A stretch of DNA of 64,000 nucleotides from Tubiluchus corallicola (lineage: Eukaryota > Animalia > Priapulida): positions 62,001-126,000 of the forward strand of contig JAQGDQ010002392.1 of the NCBI GenBank assembly GCA_030141605.1, read 5' to 3'. The notes under the pieces were generated by a model, which was not told the origin of the DNA, did no database searches, and saw only the letters and a program-made list of their open reading frames with translations. A program made the position numbers and the translations under genes. Below, piece after piece: positions 53,671 through 63,737 of this stretch. Numbering within the stretch: the first letter of the stretch is position 1; the number at the start of each line of letters is the position of its first letter.

Positions 53671-54549
53671 TTAATTATCTTTAGTTCTTTTATACTTCCA
53701 TCTTCTATGCGACCATAGCCAATAGTCTGGTTTTTTTTGTAATATTTTTTCCAGCTCTTTAATATATTTCTTGGTTATTTCATTCTCTGGCAATTCCCTT
53801 GGATTTTCTGCCAATACTTTAAATTCAAATTCATAAAACCCACGTTTTAGTTTATCCATAGATAAAAAAAGAACCACTTCATTAAGTTTCTTTGACATCT
53901 TTTCTGCTCCCACAAAAAAAGCAGTTTCTTGATTCAGAAAAGTAGTCCAATACCCTTTAGAACCGCCAGGTGTTTGGTCCATCACAAGACAGGTCATATA
54001 AGGCTTTCCTTGCTGTATATATTTTAATGAAGCCTTGTATACACCAGAAGACAATTCCATTTGAATACCATACATCTCTCTTATACTCTTAATAAACCCA
54101 TTAAAAAAGTAGTTCTCTATCTCCTGATAAGCAATAATAATGGAAGGATGTTTCAAGGATTTTGGAAATGTACAAATCCACTCCCAATTACCATAATGCG
54201 ACACTAGTAACAATATATTTCTACCTTCTCTTTTATACTTCTCTATTACTTCAAGGTTTTTCACTTTCGCTCTTTTAAGAAGGGATTTAACACTCATACT
54301 TGGTGTTTTAATCACTTCTATCACCATATCACAAAAATGCATATAAAAACCTCTTGTTATTTTCATTATTTCTTTCTCGCTCTTTTCAGGAAAAGAGTTT
54401 TTTAAATTCTCAAGAACTACTGCTTTTCTGTACCCTACAATGTAATAAATAACAACATACAAAAAATCCGAGAGAATATACAGTACCCTAAAAGGCAAAT
54501 AAGACAATAGCTTTAAAAAAATAGCAAGAAATTTATATACCAACCACAT
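53671..54549 (-). CDS. Lipid A biosynthesis acyltransferase (LpxL/HtrB family)
   Basis: YRK.VV.ENL..SFPE, HYGNWEW, DQTP, P..WLWSHRRWK. Confidence 0.92.
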   Translation of the reverse strand: MWLVYKFLAIFLKLLSYLPFRVLYILSDFLYVVIYYIVGYRKAVVLENLKNSFPEKSEKEIMKITRGFYMHFCDMVIEVIKTPSMSVKSLLKRAKVKNLEVIEKYKREGRNILLLVSHYGNWEWICTFPKSLKHPSIIIAYQEIENYFFNGFIKSIREMYGIQMELSSGVYKASLKYIQQGKPYMTCLVMDQTPGGSKGYWTTFLNQETAFFVGAEKMSKKLNEVVLFLSMDKLKRGFYEFEFKVLAENPRELPENEITKKYIKELEKILQKKPDYWLWSHRRWKYKRTKDN

Positions 54550-54567
54550 AAGAATTTAAATTTTAAA

Positions 54568-56043
54568 CTAATATGCCTTAGCAAATAACACTCTTTGTTC
54601 AGAAGGCTTAGCCGTAACGATACATTTACCTTTTTCTTTCTTATTCCCAAAAGGTATACAACGTATGGTAGCCTTTGTTTCTTGTTTTATTTTTTCTTCT
54701 GTATCAGCAGTGCCATCCCAATGAGCCGACACAAAACCTCCTTTATTCTTTATCAACTCCTTCAATTCATCATAAGAATTAGCCTCCCTGATATTTTCAT
54801 TCCTAAAATTCAATGCCTTTTCATAGATATTAACCTGTATCTTTTTTAAAAGTTCCTCCACATAGACGACTACTTCACTCTGTTTTACAAACTCCTTTGT
54901 CAATTTATCTCTACGTGCTACTTCTACCGTTCCTTTTTCTAAATCTTTGGGACCAATAGCCACTCTCACAGGTACTCCCTTCAATTCATACTCTGCAAAT
55001 TTCCATCCCGGCTTGTGTGTATCCCTATCATCGTACTTCACGCCAATACCTTTATCCTTCAACTCCTTAACTATTTTATTTACTACCTCTGATATAGCTT
55101 GTAGCTCTTTCTCTCCTTTGTAAATAGGAACAATTACTACCTGTATAGGTGCTAATTTAGGAGGCAATACCAAACCTTTATCATCAGAATGAGCCATCAC
55201 CAATGCCCCCATCAAACGTGTAGAGACTCCCCACGAAGAAGCCCACACATAATCCTCTTTTCCTTCCTTTGTAGCAAACTTCACATCAAAGGCTTTGGCA
55301 AAGTTCTGTCCTAAAAAATGCGAAGTACCAGACTGTAAAGCCTTGCCATCTTGCATTAAAGCCTCTATGGTGTATGTATCCAAAGCCCCCGCAAAACGTT
55401 CATTCTCCGTTTTATAGCCTTTTACAACAGGCATCGCCATATAATTTTCTGCAAAGTCGGCATATACATTAATCATTTTGCTTGCCTCTTCCATAGCTTC
55501 TTCCTTTGTTGCGTGGGCAGTGTGTCCTTCCTGCCAAAGAAACTCTGAGGTGCGAAGAAACAGACGAGTCCGCATTTCCCAGCGCATCACATTTGCCCAT
55601 TGGTTACAAAGTATAGGCAGGTCTCTGTACGACTGTATCCAGTTCTTATACGAGTTCCAAATAATTGTTTCGGATGTAGGTCTTACAATTAGCTCCTCTT
55701 CCAGCTTAGCGTCTTCATCCACTATTACTCCCTTAGCATCAGGGCTATTTTTAAGGCGATAATGTGTAACTACGGCACACTCCTTTGCAAAACCTTCTAC
55801 GTGGTCGGCCTCCTTGCTTAAAAAAGACTTAGGTATCAAAAGTGGAAAATAAGCATTCACGTGTCCCGTCTCCTTAAACATACCATCCAGTACTGCCTGC
55901 ATCTTCTCCCAAATAGCATAGCCATAGGGTTTAATAGTCATACACCCTCTTACTGCTGAGTTTTCTGCTAAATCAGCCTTTATTACCAATTCATTATACC
56001 ACTGTGAATAATTTTCTGCCCGCGAAGTCAGTCCTTTTGCCAT
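54568..56043 (-). CDS. proS: Proline--tRNA ligase (archaeal/eukaryotic-like type)
   Basis: [49 protein letters not shown]-terminal FAKAY. Confidence 0.97.
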   Translation of the reverse strand: MAKGLTSRAENYSQWYNELVIKADLAENSAVRGCMTIKPYGYAIWEKMQAVLDGMFKETGHVNAYFPLLIPKSFLSKEADHVEGFAKECAVVTHYRLKNSPDAKGVIVDEDAKLEEELIVRPTSETIIWNSYKNWIQSYRDLPILCNQWANVMRWEMRTRLFLRTSEFLWQEGHTAHATKEEAMEEASKMINVYADFAENYMAMPVVKGYKTENERFAGALDTYTIEALMQDGKALQSGTSHFLGQNFAKAFDVKFATKEGKEDYVWASSWGVSTRLMGALVMAHSDDKGLVLPPKLAPIQVVIVPIYKGEKELQAISEVVNKIVKELKDKGIGVKYDDRDTHKPGWKFAEYELKGVPVRVAIGPKDLEKGTVEVARRDKLTKEFVKQSEVVVYVEELLKKIQVNIYEKALNFRNENIREANSYDELKELIKNKGGFVSAHWDGTADTEEKIKQETKATIRCIPFGNKKEKGKCIVTAKPSEQRVLFAKAY

Positions 56044-56249
56044 AAATTACTATCTTTTACATATTCCAATAAGTGCAAAAATATCAAAATTATTGTTTAT
56101 GTTCACAACAACCTGTTCTAAAAATAACTATCATTTCAAAATAAGTAAAACATTTCTATTAACTAATCTATTTTTATGCTTTGTAATAGTTAAGTAAATT
56201 CACTTGCAACAAAAAGATAATTATCTATATTTGCAACAAAAAGAACAAT

Positions 56250-56990
56250 ATGGCAGATAGTATTGTAATTATACCTACTTACAACGAAAAAGAGAACATA
56301 GAAAAAATAATCCGAAAAGTTTTTTCTCTCGAAAAGGAATTTGAAATTCTTATTATAGAAGACAACTCCCCTGATGGAACTGCTAATATTGTAAAAAAAC
56401 TTATCAAAGAATTTCCCAATCGCTTGCACATCATCGAAAGGAAAGGAAAGTTGGGACTTGGCACCGCTTACAAAGCGGGATTCAAATGGGCAATTGAACG
56501 AAAATATGGTTTTGTATTTGAAATGGATGCCGACTTTTCTCACAATCCTGACGACCTTATAAAGCTATACAACGCCTGTGTAAAAGAAGATGGTGATGTT
56601 GCCATTGGCTCGCGCTACAAGTCAGGAGTAAATGTAGTTAACTGGCCACTCACAAGAGTATTAATGTCATTTTTTGCTTCCAAATACGTGCAATTTATTA
56701 CAGGTATGAGAATAAATGACACCACCGCAGGCTTCAAATGTTATAAAAGAAAAGTATTAGAAACCATCAACCTAAAAAAAATAAAGTCCAAAGGCTACGG
56801 CTTTCAAATAGAAATGAAATTCACCGCTTGGAAACACGGCTTCAACTTGGTAGAAGTGCCTATTATATTCATCGACCGACAAGAAGGAAAATCAAAAATG
56901 ACAGGAGGTATATTTCACGAAGCATTATGGGGAGTTATAAGAATGAAAATCGATAGCTTATTTAGAAAATACAAAAAACCAAATCAATAA
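56250..56990 (+). CDS. Polyprenol-phosphate mannosyltransferase (DPM1-like GT2)
   Basis: IIPTYNEKENI, DNSPDGTA, KLGLGTAY..GF, MDADFSHNP, GSRY, GY.FQIEM. Confidence 0.92.
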   Translation: MADSIVIIPTYNEKENIEKIIRKVFSLEKEFEILIIEDNSPDGTANIVKKLIKEFPNRLHIIERKGKLGLGTAYKAGFKWAIERKYGFVFEMDADFSHNPDDLIKLYNACVKEDGDVAIGSRYKSGVNVVNWPLTRVLMSFFASKYVQFITGMRINDTTAGFKCYKRKVLETINLKKIKSKGYGFQIEMKFTAWKHGFNLVEVPIIFIDRQEGKSKMTGGIFHEALWGVIRMKIDSLFRKYKKPNQ

Positions 56991-56991
56991 T

Positions 56992-58332
56992 ATGCATACT
57001 ATCCTCATAGAAAATGCTACCATAATAAATGAAGGAACACAATTTTTGGGCAGTGTGCTAATAAAAGATGGAAAATTCGAGGAGATATATACACAAGTTC
57101 CACCAAAAGTAAAAGAGAAAGTTTCTGTAATAGATGCTTCTGGCAAGATTTTAATACCCGGCGTGATAGACGACCAAGTACATCTGCGAGAGCCCGGACT
57201 TACACATAAAGAAACCATAGAAACAGGCTCTTTGTCAGCCATAGCAGGAGGTGTAACATCCTTTATGGAGATGCCTAATACACTACCACAAGCTACTACC
57301 AATAAACTATTAGAAGAAAAATTTGAAATTGCTGCACAAAAATCGCTCGCCAATTATTCCTTTTATCTTGGAGCTACAAACGATAATATAGAAGAAATAA
57401 CCAATGTAGACACTAAAAGAGTGTGCGGCATCAAAGTATTTATGGGGTCATCCACTGGAAATATGCTGGTTGACAATCCTCAATCCTTAGAAAGAATTTT
57501 TGCAAAAGCCCCCATACTCATAGCCACTCACTGCGAAGATGAAGCAACAATACAAGAAAATACCAACTACTACAAGGCTCAATATGGCGAAAATATACCC
57601 ATAGAAGCACATCCTAAAATAAGAAGTGAAGAAGCCTGTTATAAATCATCTTCTTTTGCGGTACAATTGGCAAAAAAGCATAACACTCGCTTACATATAC
57701 TACATTTATCTACTGCCAAAGAATTAGAACTGTTTGACAATAAGCCATTAAGCGAAAAAAAAATAACTGCTGAGGTGTGTGTACATCATTTGTGGTTCTC
57801 TGATAAAGACTATGCAGATAAGGGAACATTGATAAAATGGAATCCTGCGGTAAAAACAGAAAAAGATAAAAACGCTCTCTTACAAGGTTTGTTAAATGGC
57901 AAATTGGATATTGTAGCCACTGACCACGCACCACATACTTACGAAGAGAAAAAAAATACTTACTTCAAAAGCCCATCAGGAGGCCCCTTGCTTCAACACT
58001 CTCTCTTAGTAATGTTGGAACTATATCACCAAAACAAAATACCACTTGAAACCATTGTTGCCAAAATGTGTCATGCCCCAGCAGAATTGTTCAAAGTAAA
58101 TAAACGAGGTTATATACGCAAAGGTTATTGGGCTGATTGTGTGCTAATAGACCTCAATAATCCCGAAGAAGTAAGTAAAAAAAATATTAACTACAAATGC
58201 GAGTGGTCGCCTTTCGAGGGAGACATTTTCACTTCCAAAGTAACTCACACTTTCGTAAATGGTCATTTAGCATATGAACAAGGTAAGTTCAATACCAATA
58301 GCAAAGGCAAATCCCTAACTTTCGACAGATAG
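56992..58332 (+). CDS. pyrC: Dihydroorotase
   Basis: PGVIDDQVHLREPG, SFMEMPNT, GIKVFMGSSTG, THCEDE, KWNPAVK, ATDHAPH. Confidence 0.93.
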   Translation: MHTILIENATIINEGTQFLGSVLIKDGKFEEIYTQVPPKVKEKVSVIDASGKILIPGVIDDQVHLREPGLTHKETIETGSLSAIAGGVTSFMEMPNTLPQATTNKLLEEKFEIAAQKSLANYSFYLGATNDNIEEITNVDTKRVCGIKVFMGSSTGNMLVDNPQSLERIFAKAPILIATHCEDEATIQENTNYYKAQYGENIPIEAHPKIRSEEACYKSSSFAVQLAKKHNTRLHILHLSTAKELELFDNKPLSEKKITAEVCVHHLWFSDKDYADKGTLIKWNPAVKTEKDKNALLQGLLNGKLDIVATDHAPHTYEEKKNTYFKSPSGGPLLQHSLLVMLELYHQNKIPLETIVAKMCHAPAELFKVNKRGYIRKGYWADCVLIDLNNPEEVSKKNINYKCEWSPFEGDIFTSKVTHTFVNGHLAYEQGKFNTNSKGKSLTFDR

Positions 58333-58334
58333 TA

Positions 58335-59261
58335 ATGAAAGTTCTTTTCATAGACAAAACGCACCCTATATTAGAAAAAAAACTTATTGCTGCAGGCTTT
58401 CAATGTACATACTTACAACTGCCCGAAGAGATAGTAAAAACCATTCATCTATACGATGGGTTGGTAGTAAGAAACAAAATGCAAGTAGATAAAAGTTTGA
58501 TAGACCAAGCCACCCAGCTAAAATTTATTGCAAGGGTTGGGGCTGGCTTAGATGAAATAGACACAGACTACTGCAAAGAAAAAAACATTGTTTGTTTCAA
58601 CTCACCCGAAGGCAATAGAGATGCAGTAGGAGAACATACATTGGGGTTGCTGCTTGTAGTATTTAATAAAATAGCAGTTGCTAACAATGAAGTAAAAAAG
58701 GGATTGTGGCAAAGAGAAAAAAATAGAGGTTTAGAAATAAAAGGCAAGACCATTGGCATTGTAGGCTATGGTAATATGGGAAAAGCATTTGCTCAAAGGC
58801 TACAAGGTTTCGGCGTGCAAGTTATAGCCTACGATAAATATAAAGAAAACTTTACTGATAAATATGTAAAAGAAGTGCCTCTGGAAACTATTTTTGAAGA
58901 GGCAGATGTGTTGAGCCTACACGTGCCTCTTACAAAAGAGACATATCACTTAGTAAATGATGGTTTTATCAACAAGTTTAAAAAGAACATCTATCTGCTC
59001 AACACTGCAAGGGGTAAAGTTGTCAGTTTAAAAGACTTGGCAAAAAATATAAAAACAGAAAAAATACTTGGAGCAGGCTTAGATGTATTGGAGTATGAGA
59101 AGCAACAATTTGAACAAAGTTATAAGCACAACTCTGATTTACAATATCTCACCAGCAACCCAAACATTGTTTTTACTCCTCACGTAGCAGGTTGGTCAGT
59201 GGAATCAAAAATAAAATTGGCATCTGTATTGGCAGACAAGGTTATTCAACATTTTAAGTAA
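58335..59261 (+). CDS. D-isomer-specific 2-hydroxyacid dehydrogenase (SerA-like)
   Basis: ARVGAGLD.ID, PEGNRDAVGEH, GIVGYGNMG, SLHVPLT, NTARG, GLDVLE.E, TPHVAG. Confidence 0.9.
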   Translation: MKVLFIDKTHPILEKKLIAAGFQCTYLQLPEEIVKTIHLYDGLVVRNKMQVDKSLIDQATQLKFIARVGAGLDEIDTDYCKEKNIVCFNSPEGNRDAVGEHTLGLLLVVFNKIAVANNEVKKGLWQREKNRGLEIKGKTIGIVGYGNMGKAFAQRLQGFGVQVIAYDKYKENFTDKYVKEVPLETIFEEADVLSLHVPLTKETYHLVNDGFINKFKKNIYLLNTARGKVVSLKDLAKNIKTEKILGAGLDVLEYEKQQFEQSYKHNSDLQYLTSNPNIVFTPHVAGWSVESKIKLASVLADKVIQHFK

Positions 59262-59399
59262 CAGCAAAAAAGAAAGTGTGATTTTTTAAACTATTTAAAG
59301 AAGTTACTTAATTTCACAAAACATTCTTATATATTTGCCATTGCAAAACTTCTTTTTTAAAGAAATATTTAAGTTAGAATAAAAAAAATTCAATCGTAT

Positions 59400-60773
59400 A
59401 TGAAAAACATATTATTATCACTTTTAACTATTTTATTAATTTCTTGCTCTAATAATACTAAGGAAACATCTTTAGCTGAGGAGGTCAAACAAGAGACACT
59501 TTGTTCTTGGCAATCGTACAAAAAATATGCTTGGGGACACGATGTGCTAAAACCAATATCTAAGAGTTATCACGACTGGTATGAACAGTCTTTAGCCATT
59601 TCTCCCATAGATGCCTACTCTACCTTAAAGATAATGGGCTTTGATGAGGAAACTAAAGAAATTGAAGAGTATGTAAAAAATAGTATTAACTGGGACAAAG
59701 ACCTATATGTAAAAGTATTTGAGGTAAATATTCGCATCATAGGCGGTTTGGCTGCTATGTATCAGTATACAAAAGACCCCGTTATTTTGGAAAAACTACA
59801 CGACTTTGGTAAGCGGATTTTACCTGCCTTCGACACTCCAACAGGTATACCCACTTATTGGGTCAATCTGAAAACGGGTGAAACAAAAGGAGATACTGTA
59901 AACTTAGCCGAGGCAGCTTCTTATGTGGTGGAGTTTGGTATGTTAAGCTATTACACCAAAGACCCTATATTTTACGAAACTGCCAAAAAAGCGACTCTTG
60001 CTTGCTTTGAAAGACGCTCTAAACTGAACCTTTTAGGAGATAATATTGATGTCAAAACAGGCAAATGGGTGTCTGAAAATAGTCATATTGAAGCAGGAGC
60101 AGACTCCTATTACGAAGGACTTTATAAAGCCTATGCTCTCTTTAATGATGAAGAAATGAAAAGTATTTGGAATACTTGTGTAAAGGCAATACATAAGTAT
60201 GTTGCCGAAGAATACGATAATCAAGTATGGTATAGCATTGTAAATATGCATACAGGTAAACGCAGCTTAAGGAGTGTAACCTTGTACGATGCTTTTTTCC
60301 CCGCCTTACTCGCTCTTTCGGGAGATATAAAACGTGCAGGGGAGTTACAAACAACGTGGGACAATCTTTGGAATAAGTATGGATTGAAACCTATGATATA
60401 CAACTATCAAGAGGAAAAACCAACTTATCCTGTGTATGAGCTTAACCCTGAAATCATTGAGTCTGCTTACTACTTGTACCATTATACGAAGGATGAAAAA
60501 TATCTAAATATGGCGAAAAAGTATTATGCCGATACGAAAAAATACTGTAGAAATGAAGTGGCCTATGCATCAGTAGAAAATGTAGAAACTAAAGAAAAAA
60601 GGGATTATATGCCTACTTTCTTTTTTGCCGAAACTATGAAGTATTATTACCTTATTTTTTCATCACCTGATGTATTCGATTTTGACGGTCATATATTTAA
60701 TACCGAAGCTCATCCATATTCTATTCACCAGTTGGACAAAATGGAAATAAAAAAGAGGCTGGGAATTGAATAA
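59400..60773 (+). CDS. Glycoside hydrolase family 47 (alpha-1,2-mannosidase-like) lipoprotein
   Basis: Lipobox LISC, Y..YAWGHD.LKP.S, VFEVNIR.IGGL, AFDTPTGIP, GADSYYE, PE.IES.YYL, FFFAETMKY, FNTEAHP. Confidence 0.9.
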   Translation: MKNILLSLLTILLISCSNNTKETSLAEEVKQETLCSWQSYKKYAWGHDVLKPISKSYHDWYEQSLAISPIDAYSTLKIMGFDEETKEIEEYVKNSINWDKDLYVKVFEVNIRIIGGLAAMYQYTKDPVILEKLHDFGKRILPAFDTPTGIPTYWVNLKTGETKGDTVNLAEAASYVVEFGMLSYYTKDPIFYETAKKATLACFERRSKLNLLGDNIDVKTGKWVSENSHIEAGADSYYEGLYKAYALFNDEEMKSIWNTCVKAIHKYVAEEYDNQVWYSIVNMHTGKRSLRSVTLYDAFFPALLALSGDIKRAGELQTTWDNLWNKYGLKPMIYNYQEEKPTYPVYELNPEIIESAYYLYHYTKDEKYLNMAKKYYADTKKYCRNEVAYASVENVETKEKRDYMPTFFFAETMKYYYLIFSSPDVFDFDGHIFNTEAHPYSIHQLDKMEIKKRLGIE

Positions 60774-60875
60774 GAGCTTAGTATTTTTTCTTGATTTTTA
60801 TTGTAGGGTAGCAAATAAGTAATCTGTTGTATCATTTAGACGAGGATTTCTAACCTACATACCCTTTCATTATAA

Positions 60876-60909
60876 ATAAAAGCCCTACAAATAATTGTAG
60901 GGCTTTTAT
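60876..60909. terminator. Bidirectional terminator between GH47 and the MFS transporter
   Basis: ataaaagccctacaa-ataa-ttgtagggcttttat. Confidence 0.85.
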
Positions 60910-60913
60910 GTTC

Positions 60914-62452
60914 TTACTGCTCTATAGGTTTCAAGTCATCTCCTAATGGAGTGAGTTTTGGCATCATCAAATGTATAATGCCCAATATAACCAGATACAT
61001 ACTTCCTGCTATAAAGAAAGCCCAAAAATAACCCGCATCACCACTCTCGTCAAGCACTTCTCCTAAGCCCCAGTCAGCAGTCATACCAGCTAATGCTCCC
61101 ATCATACCCCCAATACCCACTACTGATGCAGTAGCCTTCTTAGGCAATACATCTGAAGCAAGAGTAAACAAATTGGCCGACCACGCCTGATGCCCAGCAG
61201 CAGCAATAGCAATTAATATCACAGCCATCCAGTACCATTTATTCATTCTTGCATGGTCATAAACATCGAACTTAAATGCGTTGTACTCTGCTAATTGCTC
61301 CTTACTTACATTTTCTTTTGGAAGACCAAAAGCTGCTTTCAACTCAGTGTCAAAGTTCTTAGCATAATGGTATTCCTTTCCTTCTAAATGTTTAATTAAA
61401 TTTATCTCTCTTTGCGAATAGCCATCCTCTTCCATCTTCTCGTAGGTTTTGTTTGTAATTTTAAAACCAGACTCAATCACAGTAGAAAACATTACTGGAA
61501 TAATACACAATGCACAGATAAGTAAAGTTACTTTCCTAGCTTTATTGATGCTCCACCCCTTCTCAACAAAGAACTTGGACAACCAACCGCCTGCAATACT
61601 ACCCACATCTGCTATTACATATATAGTAATAAGGGGTAATGCAATGTCTTTGATATTTAAACCAAATTTATCTGCCAAGAAAAATGCACCCCAAAACAAG
61701 TAAAACCACCACACAGCATCCGTCAATTTACCAATGGCAAAAGCCCAAGTTTGCTTTAATGGAAACACCTTCTTCCAAGGTAGTTTTTTTGTAGTTTCGG
61801 CAACAGAATCGCTTTGTATATATGCCAGTTCTTCTTTTGACAGTTTTGGATGTTCTTCGGGTCTTTTATAAGTTCTTAACCACAATACCACCCAAATAGC
61901 ACTAAATACACCAGTTGTAAGGAACGCCCACTGCCAGTTAGCACCTGTTTCTGCCACAACTATCAAGGGTATAATGAGTGGAGCCAAAATAGCCCCTACA
62001 TTAGAGCCTGCATTGAAGATACCCGTAGCAAAAGCACGATCTTTCTTAGGAAACCACTCAGCAGCCGTTTTAACTGCTGCAGGAAAGTTGCCAGCTTCTC
62101 CTATCCCCAGCCCAAAGCGTGCAAAGATAAACCCCATAAGCCCAAAAGCAGGCCGCACAGCAGCGTGAAGCATACCAAAAATACTCCATATAGCAATTGA
62201 AAGGGTATAGCCTATCCTTGTCCCAAACCTATCTATCACTCCCCCCATCGTAAGCATACCAATAGCATAAGCAAGTTTAAAGGCTATATTAATATTGGCA
62301 TAATCCTTATTATCCCAGTCAAAAACAGTATCCCTAAGGGTAGGACCAATAACTCCCAAAATACTCCTATCCATATAGTTGATAGTTGTTGCTACAAAAA
62401 GCAACGCCAGTATCCTGTACCGATAAGTTCCTATTTTATTTTTTCCACTCAT
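60914..62452 (-). CDS. exuT: MFS hexuronate transporter (ExuT-like)
   Basis: ATTINYMDR, GEAGNFPAA.K..AEWFPKK.RA.ATGIFN.GSNVGAI, AAAGHQAWSAN. Lies next to eda and kduD. Confidence 0.85.
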   Translation of the reverse strand: MSGKNKIGTYRYRILALLFVATTINYMDRSILGVIGPTLRDTVFDWDNKDYANINIAFKLAYAIGMLTMGGVIDRFGTRIGYTLSIAIWSIFGMLHAAVRPAFGLMGFIFARFGLGIGEAGNFPAAVKTAAEWFPKKDRAFATGIFNAGSNVGAILAPLIIPLIVVAETGANWQWAFLTTGVFSAIWVVLWLRTYKRPEEHPKLSKEELAYIQSDSVAETTKKLPWKKVFPLKQTWAFAIGKLTDAVWWFYLFWGAFFLADKFGLNIKDIALPLITIYVIADVGSIAGGWLSKFFVEKGWSINKARKVTLLICALCIIPVMFSTVIESGFKITNKTYEKMEEDGYSQREINLIKHLEGKEYHYAKNFDTELKAAFGLPKENVSKEQLAEYNAFKFDVYDHARMNKWYWMAVILIAIAAAGHQAWSANLFTLASDVLPKKATASVVGIGGMMGALAGMTADWGLGEVLDESGDAGYFWAFFIAGSMYLVILGIIHLMMPKLTPLGDDLKPIEQ

Positions 62453-62495
62453 AATTTTATTATGCTTATTTTAATTTAGATAGCAAAAACTTTTT

Positions 62496-62535
62496 TTATT
62501 TTCTCACCTCTTTTATTATTTTCTCACCTCTTTTA
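62496..62535. repeat. 20-bp tandem duplication at the eda stop codon
   Basis: ttattttctcacctctttta occurs twice in tandem. Confidence 0.9.
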
Positions 62536-63187
62536 TTATTTTCAACGCCTCTTTTACTTTAGCTGTCAGTTTGCTATATTCATTATTAGCAATTACTTTT
62601 TTATCTATTAATTGAGACCCCATACCTACGCAAGTAACGCCTGCCTCAAACCATTGTTGCAAGTTTTCTTTTGTTGGTGCTACCCCTCCTGTAGGCATTA
62701 TGCTTGTCCAAGAAAATGGTGCCTTCACAGCTTTAACAAATCCTGGTCCTCCTACTTGCGACCCAGGGAATATTTTTACTATTTCTGCTCCCAGTTCTTC
62801 TGCATAAGATATTTCGCTTAATGAACCACAGCCCGGCGACCACAATATTTTTCTTCTATTACACGTCTTTGCCATATCCGGATTGAGAATAGGAGACACT
62901 ATAAAACCGGCTCCTAATTGTATATAAAGCGACGTAGTACCTGCATCTACCACAGAACCTACACCTATTATCATTTCGGGTAGCTCTTTGGCTGCATATT
63001 TATTGATTTCTGCAAATACCTCGTGGGCAAAATCACCTCTATTGGTAAATTCAAATACCCTTGCACCTCCCTCGTAGCAGGCTTTTAATACCTTTTTGCA
63101 TATTTCTACATCAGGATTGTAAAATACGGGTATCATTCCCGTTTCCTTCATTTTAATAGCAACTTCTATTCTTGTAAATCTACTCAT
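62516..63187 (-). CDS. eda: KDPG/KHG aldolase
   Basis: EFTNRG, GVGSVVD..T, FIVSP, PGC.S.SEI..A...G..IVKIFPG, MPTGGV, CVGMGS. Confidence 0.93.
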   Translation of the reverse strand: MSRFTRIEVAIKMKETGMIPVFYNPDVEICKKVLKACYEGGARVFEFTNRGDFAHEVFAEINKYAAKELPEMIIGVGSVVDAGTTSLYIQLGAGFIVSPILNPDMAKTCNRRKILWSPGCGSLSEISYAEELGAEIVKIFPGSQVGGPGFVKAVKAPFSWTSIMPTGGVAPTKENLQQWFEAGVTCVGMGSQLIDKKVIANNEYSKLTAKVKEALKIIKEVRK

Positions 63188-63737
63188 TGTTTATTATTAT
63201 TAATATTAAATTAGAAAATTTGATTAACTCTTGTTTTACATAAGCTTCAAACCCCTCTCGTGTTTTGAACTTATCTGCTGATAGTTCTCAACCAGCAAAA
63301 AATTTAAATGATACAGGGTCGTAACCGAACCTAATATTTGTTCGCGTTTCAAATTTAGGATGGTCTTTTTTATCCATCAATTTCACAGTCAGTTTTCGGC
63401 TTTCTTTTGCTTTTATATTCAAAATAAGAACTACTTGCTCCCACTTTCCATCTTTGTTCATATCTTCCTATTGATAAGGAATATTCTCCCCCATTTGGCA
63501 AACGAAAAAAGGCACTTTACCTTCGGGTATCTTACCTACTTTATCTTCTATCTGCTTTTTGGAGAGAACAATGGGCTCATCTATTCTTCTTATATCAGTA
63601 TCGTTTTCAAAAGTTATCACAGCTTCCTCCTTGCAATGAGAACAAGCTGACACCAACAATATCAACACTGCTCCTAATATACTTAGTTTTTTTATTTTAT
63701 ATTTAAGTGTCATCAAAACTAATTTGCTAATCCTCAT
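63180..63737 (-). pseudogene. DUF4861-like lipoprotein pseudogene (two in-frame stops, probable large internal deletion)
   Basis: Lipobox VSAC. The frame continues past TAG (63468-70) as EDMNKDGKWEQ...FETRTNIRFGY and joins directly to a C-terminal-type segment PVSFKFFAG*ELS..KFKT.EGFEAYVKQE with TGA at 63288-90. Confidence 0.7.

Noticed and set aside
54568-56043. Archaeal/eukaryotic-type ProRS as a horizontal-transfer novelty
   Set aside because: This type is the usual ProRS in Bacteroidota.
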